Source: an uncultured Gemmatimonadaceae bacterium (GTDB lineage: Bacteria > Gemmatimonadota > Gemmatimonadetes > Gemmatimonadales > Gemmatimonadaceae). From it: a DNA stretch of 64,000 nt. A program made the position numbers and the translations under genes. The stretch spans positions 1-64,000 of the forward strand of contig OY970320.1 in assembly GCA_963716745.1 (NCBI GenBank), given 5' to 3'. This document shows positions 62,133-64,000 of the stretch, in pieces (positions within the stretch are counted from its first letter, which is position 1; every line of letters begins with the position of its first letter). A model generated the notes under the pieces. That model did not search any database, was not told the DNA's origin, and was given only the letters and a program-made list of their open reading frames with translations.

Positions 62133-63273
62133 TGTTCTACCTCCTGACGCAACTCACCGGCGCGTGCCGCGTGTGCGGCGTGTTCAACGTCTTCAACTAC
62201 ATCACGTTCCGCTCGGCGGGCGCCGCGGTGACGGCAATGTTCATCGTCTTCCTGATCGGGCCGGCCACCATCGCGCGCCTGCGCGCGATGCGCGTGAACC
62301 AGGGCGTGCGCGAAGGCACGCCGGATTCGCATCAGAGCAAAGGCAACACGCCGACCATGGGCGGCGTGATCATCCTCATCGCGGGACTCCTGCCCACCGT
62401 GCTCTGGGCGCGCCTCAGCAACCGGTACATCTGGATCGCGATCGCCGTCACGGCGTGGATGGGCGCGATCGGGTTCATCGATGATTACCTGAAATTGCGG
62501 CAGCAGCGCGAAGGGAAGAAGAACCAGGGACTGATCGAGCGCTACAAGCTCGTGGGGCAGGTCGCGATCGGCATCGCGCTGGGCGTGTGGCTCTGGCTCG
62601 ACCCGCTCTCGCAATCTGCCCGGGCGCCTCCAGCACGCTGCCGTTCTACAAGTACGTCCTCGTCGTGCCGATGTTCGCGTGGATGTACGTGCCCTGGGTG
62701 GCGTTCGTGCTCACCGGCGTCAGCAACGCGGTGAATCTCACCGATGGACTGGATGGACTGGCGGCCGGTCTCTCGGCGATCGCCTTCGCGACCTTCGGGC
62801 TGTTCGCGTACGTGATCGGCCGATCGGACACGAGCCATTATCTCCAGATCTATTATCTGCCGGGCTCCGGTGAGCTGGCGGTCTTCTGCGCGGCCATCAT
62901 CGGCGGGCTGATCGGATTCCTCTGGTACAACACGTATCCGGCGCAGGTCTTCATGGGCGACACGGGATCGCTCGCGCTCGGCGGCGCGCTCGGTGCGGTG
63001 GCGATCCTGCTCAAATCGGAATTCCTGCTGGTGCTGATCGGGGGTGTGTTCGTCGCCGAGACCGTGTCGGTGATCCTCCAGCGTTCCGTGTTCAAACAGC
63101 GGAAGCGCGCGCGCGGCGTGGAGTACGCGCGCGCGCACCGCGTGTTCCTGCGCGCGCCGGTGCATCATCATTTCGAGATGAAAGGGTGGAGTGAATCGCA
63201 GGTGGTGGTGCGCTTCTGGATCCTCGGGATCCTCTGCGCGCTCATCGCGCTCAGCACGCTGAAGCTGCGATGA
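62132..63273 (+). CDS. mraY: Phospho-MurNAc-pentapeptide transferase (apparent frameshift ~62612)
   Basis: TPTMGG, DD, NLTDGLDGL, FMGDTG and HHH motifs. Confidence 0.95.
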
Positions 63274-64000
63274 TCCCCGCGGCCTGGCGCGCCGGGGAGA
63301 CGGCGGTGATCGGGCTCGGGAAGAGCGGTTCCGCGGCCGCCGAACTGCTGGCTCGCGACGGACTCACAGTGTACGCCTCCGACGCCGGCACGGGCGCGGA
63401 GCTCGACGCGACGGCGGTGCGGCTTCGCGCGGCCGGCGTGACCGTGGATGTCGGCCGCCACGATCTCGACCGCATCGCGCGCGCGGCGCTCGTGGTCGCG
63501 AGCCCCGGCGTGCCGCCCGAAGCGCCGCCGCTCGCGCGGGCCCGCGCGGCGGGCGTCGCGATCGTGAGCGAGGTGGAGGTCGGGCTGCACCATCTCAGCG
63601 GCGTACCCTACATCGCGATCACCGGCACGAACGGCAAGACCACGACGACCGCGCTCATCGCGCACCTGCTGCGCGCGCTCGGCGTGACGGGCGCCGTGGA
63701 TGCGGGGAACATCGGCACGCCGGTGTGCGCGCTCGCGCTCGCGGTCGCGCCGCCGGCGGTGATGGTGCTGGAGATGTCGAGCTTCCAACTGCACGATACG
63801 CCAGGCATCAAGCCGGCCGTGGGCGTGCTCACGAATCTGACGCCGGACCATCTCGACCGGTATCCGTCGATCGAGGAGTATTACGAAGACAAACTGCTCC
63901 TCTTCCGGAACTCGGATGCGCGCTCGCGCACCGTGCTGAACGCCGACGACAAGGAGTCGATGTTCCGCGCGCGGCCGGCGGGCGCGGTGAGTTGTTTTTC
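63270..64000 (+). CDS. murD: UDP-MurNAc-L-Ala:D-Glu ligase (3' partial)
   Basis: IGLGKSG, SPGV, TGTNGKTT, GNIG, SSFQL and DHLDRY read directly from the sequence. Confidence 0.94.
   Translation, partial: MIPAAWRAGETAVIGLGKSGSAAAELLARDGLTVYASDAGTGAELDATAVRLRAAGVTVDVGRHDLDRIARAALVVASPGVPPEAPPLARARAAGVAIVSEVEVGLHHLSGVPYIAITGTNGKTTTTALIAHLLRALGVTGAVDAGNIGTPVCALALAVAPPAVMVLEMSSFQLHDTPGIKPAVGVLTNLTPDHLDRYPSIEEYYEDKLLLFRNSDARSRTVLNADDKESMFRARPAGAVSCF

Overview
GC-rich (~70%) bacterial chromosomal window, most likely Gemmatimonadota (inferred from gene content and order). It is almost fully coding, with no mobile element or CRISPR array seen. About 17 single-base frameshifts hit even essential genes (ileS, tilS, mraY), which points to long-read consensus errors. 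In order, the window holds: a membrane Ser/Thr kinase; two tandem paralogous lipoproteins; an Omp85-like protein and a GT9; an M13 peptidase; icd/solA/gltA; rpsU-infA; tonB; lemA-htpX; a long + strand run tilS-hpt-ftsH-folP-cdaA-DUF2723-yggS-divIVA-PNP-ileS-dksA-like-lspA-rluD; an 18.5 kb signalling cluster; tRNA-Val; and the start of the dcw cluster (rsmH-ftsL-ftsI-murE-murF-mraY-murD, no mraZ). The best candidate for an undescribed system is the cluster at 35201-53714. There a receptor-less Bacillus/Thermotoga-type che set is interleaved with an MglA GTPase, three roadblock/MglB proteins, two DUF4388-TPR proteins with MshEN-like motifs, and a tandem DnaA-type AAA+ protein that lacks the DNA-binding domain and has a degenerate second ATPase. 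A second unexpected signal is a family of palindromes built from 7-bp units, found between genes and also in frame inside ileS and ftsI.
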